64,000 bases of DNA, from positions 1 to 64,000 of the forward strand of contig NZ_CP186926.1 of NCBI RefSeq assembly GCF_049554935.1, written 5' to 3'. Position numbers and translations under genes: made by a program. The notes beneath the pieces were generated by a model that was given only the letters and a program-made list of their open reading frames with translations, did not search any database and was not told the DNA's origin. The DNA is from Methanocaldococcus indicus (lineage in GTDB: Archaea > AGJL01 > Methanococci > Methanococcales > Methanocaldococcaceae). Every line of letters starts with the position of its first letter. The first letter of the stretch is position 1. Positions 1 through 10,853 of the stretch are shown piece by piece.

Positions 1-384
1 ACTATAATTGATAATATTGTCTTCTGTAATGTTTGGTGGTAGGTCATAAATAATTATTTCATATTCTTCAGCTAAGAAACCAACAAGCTCATTAAATTTT
101 TCTATATCAAACTTGTATTGGAAAACATCTGAGGTTATGCCTGTAGGTATAACTGTCAAATCCTCATAATTATAAATAATATCTTCAATAGTTGATTCTC
201 CAGCTAAATAGGTATTTATGTTGTGTTCTGCATCTTCTAAATTAAAAGCTAATGAAACTGTTCCTCCAAAAAAATCACAATCTATCAACACAGTTTTTAT
301 ACTTTGGCTTAAAATATAAGCAAAGTTAATAGCTATTGTTGTTTTTCCAGTTCCACCTTGAATATTATAGAATCCTATCTTCAT
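1..384 (-). CDS. MinD/ParA-family ATPase (3' end runs off the window)
   Basis: Not in ORF track; hand translation from ATG at 384 gives MKIGFYNIQGGTGKTTIAINFAYILSQSIKTVLIDCD...IIIYDLPP, i.e. deviant Walker A, LIDxD and D-x-P-P motifs; open to position 1. Confidence 0.85.
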   Translation of the reverse strand, partial: MKIGFYNIQGGTGKTTIAINFAYILSQSIKTVLIDCDFFGGTVSLAFNLEDAEHNINTYLAGESTIEDIIYNYEDLTVIPTGITSDVFQYKFDIEKFNELVGFLAEEYEIIIYDLPPNITEDNIINYS

Positions 385-388
385 AAAT

Positions 389-2491
389 TCACCCTAAATA
401 CACATAATGAGGAGGATTGTCTATAACATATTTGTAGTTTTCATTATCTACACTTTCCACATTGTACAATGAATAATCAAAGTTCTTTTTGAATATAGTT
501 ATTTTGAAGTTGTTGGTATCTTTAATATATAAAATCTTTCTGTTATTTTCAAATCTTAATGAATTTTTATAGTATCTCTTTAAGAAGTTTGCAAGCTCTT
601 TAAAACTAACTATATCTGTTCCATTCTCTTTTAACTTTAATAGAAGTGTAGTATTAAATTTATCAATATTTGCAATATATACTCCAAATTCTTCATCTTT
701 TGGAGGAATATAAGTTACATTTAATATAGGAACATCATACTTCTCATAAAATGGTGTAGGAACAAAAATTATTGGAATATTGTTATATAGCTCAAATCCT
801 TTTTTGTTAGGGATTATTATATAGGATAGATTAGCTCCATCAATATCTAATTTATAATCTAAGTCCTCATTATCTTTCCCTAAAATTGCATCTACTAAAT
901 ATTTATCTGAAGAAATTAAAAATAAGGCATCACACTTTGTTAATAAATAAGCATAATTCTTAACATACCAATAATTAAACTCTTTATACTTTTCCCAAAA
1001 TTCTGAGTTAGTTTTTTCATCTACTGCTTTTCCTTCATAAAACCAGTGAGAACTATCTTTATAACATCCATCCCAATAAGGCTCATCTTTTGAAGCATGA
1101 TATAGAATATTTTTACTTTCAGGACTTTCCTCCCAATATCCATTTTCATCTGTTCCTTTATAACTTATAGTTTTTGGATATATATCCCCAACAGGGTCAT
1201 TTTCAAATGTGTATGGAGCTTTTTGTAAATATATTAGTGGATAAAAGCTTAATCCAACTAAATCATAGTTATTATTGATATTTTCTATATAATTAGGTGA
1301 AAAGTATAGATGAGTATAATTTGTATAATACTTTTTAAACCAATATTCATTTAATAAATCCTCCAATTCATTTATATCTACATTAGCTTTTTCAACTAAT
1401 TTTATTCCTTCATCACCAGTAATAATATAGCTAACATTTATTCCCAAAGCTTTTAGAGCTTTAATTTGTTTTAATTTTATATTGATTATTTTTTCATTTA
1501 AATAATCTACTTTTATTTTTCTATCAGCAACTGAAATAGCATAATCTCCTTTTTCATCTGGCTTAATTCTTTGTATTCCTACACCACATGCTAAAATATG
1601 CTTATAATATGGAGGAACTTTATTTATATATACAAAAATTCCTCCTTCCTTAGCAATATAACTTCCTATAATATCTAAAGTATTTTTATCATTTAAAGTA
1701 GTTGGATATAAAAATAGAAGCTTATTTTTCTTTATTTCATAGACACCAGGAGCTATTTCAGAATAATTTAATTTAAATATAGGAGTTTCATTATACTTCC
1801 ATAGAGGATGATAATAAATAACTCCATTCTCTATATAGTAATATTTTTTAGGATAGACTATAAAATTCCCATTTTTATCAATGAATACATAACCATAATC
1901 TTCTGGCTTTTGTCTTGGAGGATTATATGTTAATATTTCTTTATATTTCTCTGTTAAGTTAGCAGGAGGTATATAGATATATAAGCCATCTTCTCCTCTA
2001 ATTATATATTTTTTAGGATATATAATGAAAGTTCCATTTACTAATAATGTGTATCCATCATACTCAGGAATACTATCAGGATTTGGAACCTTTATTTTGT
2101 AAGGTTTTATAAACTCATATTTTTTGTCTTCCACTTTTACAGGAGGATTGAAGATATATGCCCCATTTTCATCTCTATAAACTGTATATTTTTTATAGAT
2201 AACAAAAATTCCATTTGTGGATATATATGTGTAGTTATAAAAATCAGGTATTTTGGTAGGAACTACTTTCTTAATCCCTAAATATATCAGCTTATCCTGT
2301 GGAGTATCATTTATATAAAATATTATTAGGGAGCTATTATCATTTAAATATTTGTCTAACTCTTCTTTTGAATTAATATTATTTAAATCAACCACTTTTA
2401 TAGGGATTGTTGTGATATATTTATAATCAATTGCTAAATTAACATTTAAAAAACAAAACAACAGTATTAAAATTGTTAATAATTTCTTCAT
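389..2491 (-). CDS. Secreted/cell-surface hypothetical protein with three internal ~38-aa repeats
   Basis: 700-aa ORF, signal peptide MKKLLTILILLFCFLNVNLA, repeated G-x-F-(V/I)-(I/V)-Y-(P)-KKY unit, Tyr/Asn-rich. Confidence 0.7.
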   Translation of the reverse strand: MKKLLTILILLFCFLNVNLAIDYKYITTIPIKVVDLNNINSKEELDKYLNDNSSLIIFYINDTPQDKLIYLGIKKVVPTKIPDFYNYTYISTNGIFVIYKKYTVYRDENGAYIFNPPVKVEDKKYEFIKPYKIKVPNPDSIPEYDGYTLLVNGTFIIYPKKYIIRGEDGLYIYIPPANLTEKYKEILTYNPPRQKPEDYGYVFIDKNGNFIVYPKKYYYIENGVIYYHPLWKYNETPIFKLNYSEIAPGVYEIKKNKLLFLYPTTLNDKNTLDIIGSYIAKEGGIFVYINKVPPYYKHILACGVGIQRIKPDEKGDYAISVADRKIKVDYLNEKIINIKLKQIKALKALGINVSYIITGDEGIKLVEKANVDINELEDLLNEYWFKKYYTNYTHLYFSPNYIENINNNYDLVGLSFYPLIYLQKAPYTFENDPVGDIYPKTISYKGTDENGYWEESPESKNILYHASKDEPYWDGCYKDSSHWFYEGKAVDEKTNSEFWEKYKEFNYWYVKNYAYLLTKCDALFLISSDKYLVDAILGKDNEDLDYKLDIDGANLSYIIIPNKKGFELYNNIPIIFVPTPFYEKYDVPILNVTYIPPKDEEFGVYIANIDKFNTTLLLKLKENGTDIVSFKELANFLKRYYKNSLRFENNRKILYIKDTNNFKITIFKKNFDYSLYNVESVDNENYKYVIDNPPHYVYLG

Positions 2492-2493
2492 AA

Positions 2494-2862
2494 TTAGCCC
2501 TCTTCTATTTTTTCTATATACATTAATGGATAATCTATCTCATCTATATATTTTAGTCTAAAATGTGCTTTAATATTGTTAATTTTTATAGATAGCTTAA
2601 CATCTAACATATCCCCAGTTAATGATTTGTATTTTTCATCTACATTCTTTATATTAACTTTAATACTATCAACAAAAGGTTGATTTTTTATACTTTCTTC
2701 CATTGCTCTTTCCAAACTCTCTTTATTGTATATACTTACAGGAGTACCTACAAACTGATGGAATAATGCTCCTAAACTAATACCTCCCTCAAAAATAGCT
2801 CTCTCCCTATCATTTAAATTTTTAAAATATTGATTGAATATATCTGAATTCTCAACTCTCAT
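2494..2862 (-). CDS. mptD: Archaeal dihydroneopterin aldolase (methanopterin pathway)
   Basis: 122 aa with RERAIFEGGISLGALFHQFVGTPV and C-terminal DYPLMY motifs of the MptD family. Confidence 0.85.
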   Translation of the reverse strand: MRVENSDIFNQYFKNLNDRERAIFEGGISLGALFHQFVGTPVSIYNKESLERAMEESIKNQPFVDSIKVNIKNVDEKYKSLTGDMLDVKLSIKINNIKAHFRLKYIDEIDYPLMYIEKIEEG

Positions 2863-2871
2863 AATATCCCT

Positions 2872-3309
2872 TTAAATAAATTCTATATGATTTATGAACC
2901 TCTCACAATAGTAACATCTAATTTTCAAAGGATTTTTATTTTCTACCATAAATTTACTCTTAATTTTTTCAACATTGGTTATACAGTTTGGATTTGTGCA
3001 TTTTAAAATGCCTTCAAATTTTTCTGGAAGTTTTGCCTTAAATTTTTTTACAACTTTTCCATTTTTAATGATATTTATTGTAGCATCTGAAATTAGGGCT
3101 ATTTTATTAACCTCCTCTTCCTTTAATTCCACATCCTCAATTTTTAAAATATCTTTTTTTCCTTTTTTCTTTGAAGGAACATTTATTGCTATTGTAACTG
3201 TTTTATCTTCTGGAATATTTAAAGCTTTTAAAACTAACAAAGCTTTTCCTCCATCAATATGGTCAATAACTGTCCCATTTATTATTTTCTTTACTTTTAG
3301 CTCTTCCAT
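2872..3309 (-). CDS. pyrI: Aspartate carbamoyltransferase regulatory chain
   Basis: NGTVIDHI, KKDILKIE and zinc ligands CTNPNC...CYYCE. Confidence 0.97.
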   Translation of the reverse strand: MEELKVKKIINGTVIDHIDGGKALLVLKALNIPEDKTVTIAINVPSKKKGKKDILKIEDVELKEEEVNKIALISDATINIIKNGKVVKKFKAKLPEKFEGILKCTNPNCITNVEKIKSKFMVENKNPLKIRCYYCERFINHIEFI

Positions 3310-3332
3310 ATTTATTCCTCATTAAATATTTT

Positions 3333-3959
3333 TTAAAAGAATATAGCTCTTAATCCTGAAACTATCATCTGAATAGCTATAGCAGTTAATAGAAATCCCA
3401 TCATTCTTGTTAATATTCTAATTCCCAACTTACCAATTTTATCCATTATTTTCTCAGAAAAAATTAAAATAACATATGTAATTATCATACATAACAAAAT
3501 AGCAAAAATAACTAAAATTTTATCTAAATAGTTATGTGCCTCTGACATTGCTACCATACATGCAGTTATTGACCCAGGCCCAGCTAAAAGAGGAGTTGCC
3601 AAAGGCATTAAAGCAACTTCCTCAATCTCATAAGCTTCTATAATCTCTTTTTTCTGTATTTTTGCCTCTTGCTTACCCCTAACCATATCTAAAGCTATTA
3701 ATAATATTAATATTCCACCAGCTATTTTGAAAGCATCTAATGAAATACCAAAAAATGAAAGAATATAGTTGCCAAATAAAGCAAATACTAATAAAATAGA
3801 TGTTGCATAAATAAAAACTTTTTTAGCAATTAAAAATCTTTCTTTCTCTGGATAGCTTTCAGTTAGAGATATAAAAATAGGAACAGCTCCAATAGGATTT
3901 AATATAGATATAATAGAAGAAAAAGCCCAAATAAAAAATTGAATATCCATATAACTCAC
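3333..3959 (-). CDS. MarC-family membrane protein
   Basis: NPIGAVP, IAGGILILLIA, PLATPLLAGPG, RMMG motifs; hydrophobic. Confidence 0.9.
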   Translation of the reverse strand: MSYMDIQFFIWAFSSIISILNPIGAVPIFISLTESYPEKERFLIAKKVFIYATSILLVFALFGNYILSFFGISLDAFKIAGGILILLIALDMVRGKQEAKIQKKEIIEAYEIEEVALMPLATPLLAGPGSITACMVAMSEAHNYLDKILVIFAILLCMIITYVILIFSEKIMDKIGKLGIRILTRMMGFLLTAIAIQMIVSGLRAIFF

Positions 3960-3967
3960 ACTATAAT

Positions 3968-4519
3968 TTATTTTATATAATATATTCCATCATGGCCTGT
4001 AACAATATTTTTATTTAAGCTAATAATCTTCTCCAAACTTTTCATTGCCAATTCTCTATCAACATGCAATCTTGGAGGAATTTTTTTAATAATATTTTCT
4101 TTTAATGGAGCTGCATCACCAACAACTACATAATCTTTATATATAACTGAAATAGAACCATAAGTATGCCCAGGAGTTTCTATAATCTCTATTTCATCAT
4201 CTTTAAAAAATCTATAATCTTTGAACTCAGTTGAATCAAAATTTGGCTCTTTTGTTGAAGCAAACCATGTAGCATTTTCAAATAACTCATTGTTTTCTAT
4301 ATGGTCATAATGTAAATGTGTATTTATAACTACATCTATATCCTTTGGCTCAAAATTTAGCTCTTTAAGTTTAGATTTAATTATATTTTCTTTATTATTA
4401 GTAGATGTATCAACAATTATATTATGCTTTTCTGTTGTTATTAAAGTTACTGATGAAGCAGCTTTTACAATGAAACCATCTTTCCTCAAAAGTTCTCCTT
4501 CATATATTAGATGTAGCAT
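3968..4519 (-). CDS. Metallo-beta-lactamase fold hydrolase
   Basis: THLHYDH, TPGHT, GD and GH motifs. Confidence 0.9.
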   Translation of the reverse strand: MLHLIYEGELLRKDGFIVKAASSVTLITTEKHNIIVDTSTNNKENIIKSKLKELNFEPKDIDVVINTHLHYDHIENNELFENATWFASTKEPNFDSTEFKDYRFFKDDEIEIIETPGHTYGSISVIYKDYVVVGDAAPLKENIIKKIPPRLHVDRELAMKSLEKIISLNKNIVTGHDGIYYIK

Positions 4520-4523
4520 AATT

Positions 4524-5303
4524 TCACAGTTCTATACTTTCTAATCTTTTTGAGATATATTTTAATATATCTTTTAGATTATCTTTATTGTTATAGGTTT
4601 TTATTAACTCTTCTAAATAGTCCTTATCTCTATTTTTGAATTCTCTAACATATTTTATTAATAATGGTAAAGCCCTTGTTAGCTCATCAACAATAGTAAC
4701 TGTTGAATATCTTGCAGTTCTTGATAGAGGATTTAAATCAATAGATATAACCTTTTTTCCCATCTTTACTAATGCTTCTGTTCTATCTCCATCTTCTAAA
4801 GGCACTAAAACAACATCTGCCTCATAAAAATCTTTTGATACCTTTCCTCTTAAACTATCTAAATTGGGAATCTGATAATTAACATCCTTAACACCAAAAA
4901 TTTTTAACTTTCCAGAATTGATATCTTCTCTATATTTCTTTAAAAATTCATTGAAAATTGCTTTTTCTCTTTCTTTTGTTCTATAAAATAGATTAATCTC
5001 AATTTTTCCATTTAGTTCTTTGGCTAATTCTACAACTTCATCAAGAGCTAATGCAACAGTATTTCCATTTACACTAATTATTGGATTTTCTGCTAAAACC
5101 AACATTGCAGCAGCTACTTTTATAGATTTTAAAGCATATTTAGTTGTTTTCTCTCCCAATAGATAATCAAAACATTCTCCTCTCCCATGAGCTATTAATC
5201 CAGCTTTTGCTAAGATTCCTTTATCTAATGCTTCAACTAATTTTTCTCTCATCAATAAAGATTTGTATCTTGGATGTGTTTTTGGGATATTCATAATTAC
5301 CAC
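4524..5303 (-). CDS. 4-phosphopantoate--beta-alanine ligase (archaeal CoA pathway)
   Basis: [45 protein letters not shown] motifs. Confidence 0.92.
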   Translation of the reverse strand: MVIMNIPKTHPRYKSLLMREKLVEALDKGILAKAGLIAHGRGECFDYLLGEKTTKYALKSIKVAAAMLVLAENPIISVNGNTVALALDEVVELAKELNGKIEINLFYRTKEREKAIFNEFLKKYREDINSGKLKIFGVKDVNYQIPNLDSLRGKVSKDFYEADVVLVPLEDGDRTEALVKMGKKVISIDLNPLSRTARYSTVTIVDELTRALPLLIKYVREFKNRDKDYLEELIKTYNNKDNLKDILKYISKRLESIEL

Positions 5304-5773
5304 AATGTAATTATTAACCTTCTAACATTTGAGTTAGGATTTTTCTTTATCATTAATATAGCATCTTCTCCATCTTCATAATATTTAGGAATCAATTTTC
5401 TATCTTTATATCCCATCTTATAGTAGAATTTTCTTGCAGGAATGTTAGACACTCTAACCTCTAAAACAATGTATCCACAATTTAATACATTGAAGTAATA
5501 ATTTTCTAAAGTTTTTAATAGAGCAGTTCCAATTCCTTTTTTTCTAAATTCTTTTCTTACAGCTAATGAAACTATATGCCCATTGCCAAAATCTAATGTT
5601 CCTAATATATATCCAACAATCTTATTGTCAATTTCAGCAACATAAAAGCAGTTGGGATACATTGTCCAAAGTCCTAAAATTAAGTTTCTTGGATAAGGCC
5701 TTTTAAAAGCTTCTTTTTCAATTTCCTCAACTTCATCAATATCTTCAGCTTTAAATTTTCTAATTATTATCAT
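5297..5773 (-). CDS. RimI/Ard1-type N-acetyltransferase
   Basis: GNAT motif [25 protein letters not shown]. Confidence 0.92.
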   Translation of the reverse strand: MIIIRKFKAEDIDEVEEIEKEAFKRPYPRNLILGLWTMYPNCFYVAEIDNKIVGYILGTLDFGNGHIVSLAVRKEFRKKGIGTALLKTLENYYFNVLNCGYIVLEVRVSNIPARKFYYKMGYKDRKLIPKYYEDGEDAILMIKKNPNSNVRRLIITLW

Positions 5774-5779
5774 GTTCTC

Positions 5780-5977
5780 CTATAATATTATTTCTTTAAT
5801 TTTTTTTCTAATTCTAAGCATTAGAATTATAGATAATATAGAAACAAATAGGATAGAGACAATTAATGTTAGAGAAAGTGTAAATTTATCTAAAACTCTT
5901 AAATATACTAAAATATAGTTAGATATAACAATTAAGACAATAACTGTAAATAAAATTAACTCTTTTTTTATGTTCAT
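5780..5977 (-). CDS. Small two-helix membrane protein
   Basis: 65 aa, two hydrophobic stretches, tightly coupled to neighbours. Confidence 0.6.
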   Translation of the reverse strand: MNIKKELILFTVIVLIVISNYILVYLRVLDKFTLSLTLIVSILFVSILSIILMLRIRKKIKEIIL

Positions 5978-6462
5978 ATTGCTCCCTCCCTTTTTAATAG
6001 TTCTATTTTATATTTAATTCCAAAACTGTAACCTCCTAAATCATTCTTTTTAACTACTCTATGACAAGGATAAATTAGTGGTAAAGGATTTTTATTTAGT
6101 GCTTTTCCAACAGCTCTTGGAGAAGTATTTAATAATTTTGCTAACACTCCATAAGTTATAGTTTTACCTTTTTTTATATTTTTTATACTATTTAAAACTT
6201 TAAAAGTAAATTCACTTACTAAAAGCTTATGATTTATATGCTTTCTAACATAAAAATCATCAATTTCACAAAAATACAACTTGTATATTAATTTTGCAAT
6301 ATCAGTGTATTTATTGTTTATCTTACCAAAGTTATATTTTAGAATTTCCTCTTTTGGTAGTGGAATACTACACCTTACGAGATAATTGTCTCTAAATTCC
6401 AATCCTATATAGTAATTATTAATTTTAACAATTTCTTTATATAAAAAATTGTTTTTATACAT
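5974..6462 (-). CDS. ogt: Methylated-DNA--protein-cysteine methyltransferase
   Basis: Active-site PCHRV plus TYG...SPRAVG HTH. Confidence 0.93.
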   Translation of the reverse strand: MYKNNFLYKEIVKINNYYIGLEFRDNYLVRCSIPLPKEEILKYNFGKINNKYTDIAKLIYKLYFCEIDDFYVRKHINHKLLVSEFTFKVLNSIKNIKKGKTITYGVLAKLLNTSPRAVGKALNKNPLPLIYPCHRVVKKNDLGGYSFGIKYKIELLKREGAI

Positions 6463-6523
6463 TTTAGATTCAACTCATACTTTTAAGGATAATAAAAAAA
6501 GTAAAAAAATAAAATTAAAAGAT

Positions 6524-7717
6524 TTAGAATTTTTTAAACATCTCTTCTATAATTCTTGCAAATGCTGGTCTTGTTATAAATATTCCAATCAAAACTCCTG
6601 CTATGGTTGTTATTGCAAATCCTTTTAGCATTCCAACTCCTAAGACAAATAATGGTAGCATAGCTGCTATAGATGTAGATGCTGATGCAAATATAATAAA
6701 GAAAGCCCTTTTAATACTTGCCTTAATTTTTTTGCCTTTTAAGGTTTCATCAGCTATAACTATTTGGTTATCAACTCCTGTCCCAACAGCTGCTATAATT
6801 CCTGCAATTGAAGGTAAATCTAATCTCCAACCTATTAAAGCAGCAAATCCTAAAATTATAATGATTTCAGATAAACATGTGAATATTATAGGTAGTGAAA
6901 GCTTAATTATTTTATATCTTACTGCAACAATAAATCCAACAGCAATAAATGCCAATATTATGGCTATAAATACTCCTTTTAATAGTTCTTTACCAAACTC
7001 TGGAGAAATTGTATATATATATTCAACATTTAACTTTGTTGGTAAAGCTCCTGATTTTAATGCTGTATATATTGCTAAAGCCTCTTTTTTCTCTTCTTCA
7101 CTTGGAGGATACTTACCAACTGTAATAACTTGTTGAGGTGAAGGAATTCCTGTAGCTAATCCTGGGGCTAAAACTGGTGCTGATATTAACTTATTGTCCA
7201 TATACAACTCTATTTTAGCTCCTGCTTTACCTTTAACTAATTCAGCAAATCTCTTAGCTGCATCTATTTTTAAAGTGAAAGGAATTCCATAGGCATATCC
7301 ATTCTCAGTAGGAACTTTTTGTGGTGGTTGCACACTTTCTATATCTCTCCCTGTGTAAAGAGTTATATTTCCTAATTTAGCAACAAAAACCCCTTGCTGT
7401 TTTAGTATATTTATTATTGTATCAACATCAGTTTTTGCAGGAACTACAACAACAATTTCATCATTTCCTCTTGGATAAACTTCTATTCCAGATAATCCTG
7501 TTGTATCTAACCTTTGTTTAATCAAATCAATAGTTAGTTGCATATCTTGCTGATTTAATGGTTTTTCTGTTTTTAAAACAATAACACTACCCCCAGTAAA
7601 ATCAACTCCAAATTGAAGGCCTTTAACAGCTATAATAACAATAGATAAAAATAAAGTTATTAATAGTAGAATTATTTTTTTATCTTTCAATAACTTTTTA
7701 AAATTCAAAATCTTCAC
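6524..7717 (-). CDS. secD: Protein translocase subunit SecD
   Basis: GVDFTGGS, LKSGALP, AAVGTGVDNQIVI, GFAITT motifs. Confidence 0.93.
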   Translation of the reverse strand: MKILNFKKLLKDKKIILLLITLFLSIVIIAVKGLQFGVDFTGGSVIVLKTEKPLNQQDMQLTIDLIKQRLDTTGLSGIEVYPRGNDEIVVVVPAKTDVDTIINILKQQGVFVAKLGNITLYTGRDIESVQPPQKVPTENGYAYGIPFTLKIDAAKRFAELVKGKAGAKIELYMDNKLISAPVLAPGLATGIPSPQQVITVGKYPPSEEEKKEALAIYTALKSGALPTKLNVEYIYTISPEFGKELLKGVFIAIILAFIAVGFIVAVRYKIIKLSLPIIFTCLSEIIIILGFAALIGWRLDLPSIAGIIAAVGTGVDNQIVIADETLKGKKIKASIKRAFFIIFASASTSIAAMLPLFVLGVGMLKGFAITTIAGVLIGIFITRPAFARIIEEMFKKF

Positions 7718-7719
7718 CT

Positions 7720-8022
7720 GTGATTGTTATGGATTATGATATAATTGGATATATAGCTGGAACATTAACAACTTTTGCCTCTCTACCTCAACTAATAAAG
7801 TCAATTAAAGAGAGAAATTTAAAAAGCATATCTTTATCTTTTGTTATAACATTTACAACAGGTTTGTTTTTATGGTTAATATATGGAATAATTAAAAAAG
7901 ATTATCCTATTATAGTATTTAATATTTTATCTTTAATGTTTTGGATTCCTATAACTTACTTAAAAATTATGGAGTATATGAAAGAAAAAATAGAAAAATA
8001 TAAGGTGGATATAAATGGATAA
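7720..8022 (+). CDS. SemiSWEET / PQ-loop transporter
   Basis: LTTFASLPQLIKS PQ motif, three TM helices. Confidence 0.85.
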   Translation: MIVMDYDIIGYIAGTLTTFASLPQLIKSIKERNLKSISLSFVITFTTGLFLWLIYGIIKKDYPIIVFNILSLMFWIPITYLKIMEYMKEKIEKYKVDING

Positions 8023-9718
8023 GTATGAGAAAGTTATAGATTTGGCTAAAAGAAGAGGTTATTTATGGCCTTCTTTTGAAATCTATGGAGGAATTGCAGG
8101 ATTTTATGACTATGGGCCATTAGGATGTTTATTAAAAAACAATATTATTGAGAAGTTTAGAGAGCTATATATTATCAAAGAAGGATTTTATGAGATAGAG
8201 AGTCCAACAATTATGCCCTATGAAGTATTAAAAGCTTCTGGGCATGTTGATAACTTCACAGACCCAATTGTAGAGTGTAAAAACTGTTTAGAATCTTTTA
8301 GAGCAGACCATATAATTGAAGAAGCTATAAAAATTGATGTTGAAGGTAAATCTTTGAAAGAGTTAGAAGAAATAATAAAAAAGGAAAATATAAGATGTCC
8401 AAAATGTGGAGGTGAGTTTGGAGAAGTTAAAAAATTTAATTTAATGTTTGTAACAAATATAGGACCTGGTGGAAAAAGAGTAGGTTATCTAAGACCTGAA
8501 ACAGCACAAGGAATTTTTATAGCTTTTAAAAGATTAGCACAATTTTTTAGAAATAAATTGCCTTTTGGTGTTGTTCAAATTGGAAAAAGTTATAGAAATG
8601 AGATATCTCCAAGGCAGGGTGTTATTAGGCTGAGAGAATTTACACAGGCAGAGATTGAATACTTTGTTAATCCTAAGAATAAGAAGCATGAGAAATTTAA
8701 AGAAGTTGAAAATGAAACTCTCACATTGCTTCCAGCAGAAAATCAAATGAAAGGAGAAGGAGAAATAAAAATAACATTAAAAGACGCTATTGAAAAAGGA
8801 ATAATAAAGCATGAAACTATTGGCTATTTTATAGCTCTAACTAAGAGATTTCTGTTAGATATAGGGATTGATGAAGGTAAGTTAAGATTCAGACAACATC
8901 TTCCAGATGAGATGGCTCATTATGCAATTGACTGTTGGGATGCAGAAATATATACTGAAAGATTCGGATGGATTGAATGTGTTGGAATAGCAGATAGAAC
9001 TGACTATGATTTGAGAAGTCATATAAACCACAGTGGAGAAGATTTATCCATATTTATTGAAGGTGAGAAGAGAGAGATTGAAACTTATGAGATAGAACTA
9101 AACTACAAAGTTGTAGGAAAAATCTTTAAAAAAGACACAAAAATTATAGATGAATATATAAAGAAACTAAGTGAAGAAGAAAAAGAAAGGTTTGTTAAAG
9201 AAATTGAAAAAAATGGAAAAATAAAAATATCAATCAACAATAAGGAATTTGAGATTTTGAAAGATTACTTAAAAATAGAAAAGGTTAAAAAAGTAATTAA
9301 AGGGGAGAAGGTTATTCCTCATGTTATAGAGCCATCTTATGGAATTGATAGAATATTATACTGTGTTTTGGAGCATAGCTATACAGAAGAAGAGGACAGA
9401 GTTTATCTAAATCTAAAACCTACATTAGCTCCAATAAAAGTTTATGTCTTTCCATTAGTTAATAGAGATAATCTCCCAGAAATAGCTAAGAGTATAACTA
9501 AAATGTTAAGAGAAAATAAAATTATTGCAGAATATGATGACTCTGGTTCAATTGGTAGAAGGTATATGAGAGCAGATGAGATAGGAGTTCCATTCTGTAT
9601 AACTGTTGATGGAGAAACATTAAAGGATAATACAGTAACAGTCAGAGATAGAAACACTAAAAAACAAGAAAGAGTTAAAATAGATGATTTATTAAACTAT
9701 TTGAAAAATAAACTATAA
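8015..9718 (+). CDS. glyS: Glycine--tRNA ligase
   Basis: YDYGPLG, LRPETAQG, RNEISPRQG, VIEPSYGIDR. Confidence 0.97.
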   Translation: MDKYEKVIDLAKRRGYLWPSFEIYGGIAGFYDYGPLGCLLKNNIIEKFRELYIIKEGFYEIESPTIMPYEVLKASGHVDNFTDPIVECKNCLESFRADHIIEEAIKIDVEGKSLKELEEIIKKENIRCPKCGGEFGEVKKFNLMFVTNIGPGGKRVGYLRPETAQGIFIAFKRLAQFFRNKLPFGVVQIGKSYRNEISPRQGVIRLREFTQAEIEYFVNPKNKKHEKFKEVENETLTLLPAENQMKGEGEIKITLKDAIEKGIIKHETIGYFIALTKRFLLDIGIDEGKLRFRQHLPDEMAHYAIDCWDAEIYTERFGWIECVGIADRTDYDLRSHINHSGEDLSIFIEGEKREIETYEIELNYKVVGKIFKKDTKIIDEYIKKLSEEEKERFVKEIEKNGKIKISINNKEFEILKDYLKIEKVKKVIKGEKVIPHVIEPSYGIDRILYCVLEHSYTEEEDRVYLNLKPTLAPIKVYVFPLVNRDNLPEIAKSITKMLRENKIIAEYDDSGSIGRRYMRADEIGVPFCITVDGETLKDNTVTVRDRNTKKQERVKIDDLLNYLKNKL

Positions 9719-9726
9719 ATTTAAAT

Positions 9727-10455
9727 TTATCTTAATTTTAAAACTTTGTCAGGATAGACAATAATTCCCTTATCTGTTATATCAAATGGATGTCTTTTCA
9801 TAGAGTGAGATGTTCCTCTCATCTTCCAAACAATTAAACTTCTTTTTAGTTCTCCATTAACTTCATCTAAATCCAATCTTATAATTCCATCAACTGCATG
9901 CTCAACTCCTGGACCACCAAATCCTCTCTCACCAACAGATATCTGAGATGTGAATATAGCTGTACAACCTAAACCAGCTATAACTCTTTTTAATAAAAAT
10001 ACTGTTTTTCTTGCCATCATTGGCTTATTTATATATAATGTTGTTACAGAATCTATTCCTATTCTTTTAGCATTTATATCATTTATAGCTTCTTTTAAGA
10101 CATCTATAAGTTCTCTTTCATCTGTTGGGTCAATAACAACATACTTCTCTCTCTTAGCAGCACTACCAATTCCATAAGTAAATGCATCAATTATTGCAAA
10201 TTTACCTTCTTCTTCTAACTTTCTAACATCCCAACCAAACTGTTTCATATTTTCTCTAATTTGGACAGGATGTTCTTCTAATGCAACTAAAACAGATGGT
10301 TCATCATATTCAGATGCACCTTTATATAAAAACTGCTGGCAAAATATAGATTTTCCAGTTCCTGGACCACCAGAGAGAAGAACAACATTTCTCTCAGGAA
10401 TTCCTCCATGTAATATTTCATCCATTCCCGGTATTCCAGTTTTTACCCTTCTCAT
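9727..10455 (-). CDS. KaiC-like single-domain RecA-superfamily ATPase
   Basis: [23 protein letters not shown] motifs. Confidence 0.92.
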   Translation of the reverse strand: MRRVKTGIPGMDEILHGGIPERNVVLLSGGPGTGKSIFCQQFLYKGASEYDEPSVLVALEEHPVQIRENMKQFGWDVRKLEEEGKFAIIDAFTYGIGSAAKREKYVVIDPTDERELIDVLKEAINDINAKRIGIDSVTTLYINKPMMARKTVFLLKRVIAGLGCTAIFTSQISVGERGFGGPGVEHAVDGIIRLDLDEVNGELKRSLIVWKMRGTSHSMKRHPFDITDKGIIVYPDKVLKLR

Positions 10456-10467
10456 TTTGTCACCTAA

Positions 10468-10770
10468 TTATTCTTTTGAATAACCACTTATCTTTTTTTC
10501 TGGAATGTCATCTAAGAACATTAATGAACCTACAACTTCTATTCCACTAACTTTGTCTAAATTGATTATAGAGAATTTTTTCTCTTTTATGTTCCATATA
10601 ATAACTGCATCTCTTTTTCCAGTCCATAAATATTTTAATAAGCTATTTTTTAATAAAGTGACTGCATCAAAGTCATAATAACCTTCCAATACACAACCTC
10701 CATCAAGATATATTTTAACATAAAGTATATCATGTTTTTTCTTTCTCTCCATAAATCTCACAAAGTTCAA
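10468..10770 (-). CDS. Hypothetical protein upstream of the KaiC-like gene (start probably the ATG of MERKKK)
   Basis: ORF with typical codon usage, 12 nt from the KaiC-like gene. Confidence 0.65.
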   Translation of the reverse strand: MNFVRFMERKKKHDILYVKIYLDGGCVLEGYYDFDAVTLLKNSLLKYLWTGKRDAVIIWNIKEKKFSIINLDKVSGIEVVGSLMFLDDIPEKKISGYSKE

Positions 10771-10853
10771 TTTTATTATACATAATTTTATAATTACAAT
10801 TACATTAAGTATTTAATTTATTATTTAAAACATTAAGATTTGAGGTCAATGTA

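Noticed and set aside
9727-10455. KaiC-like gene as a circadian clock component
   Set aside because: Single-domain archaeal KaiC-like ATPases are widespread; no kaiA/kaiB here
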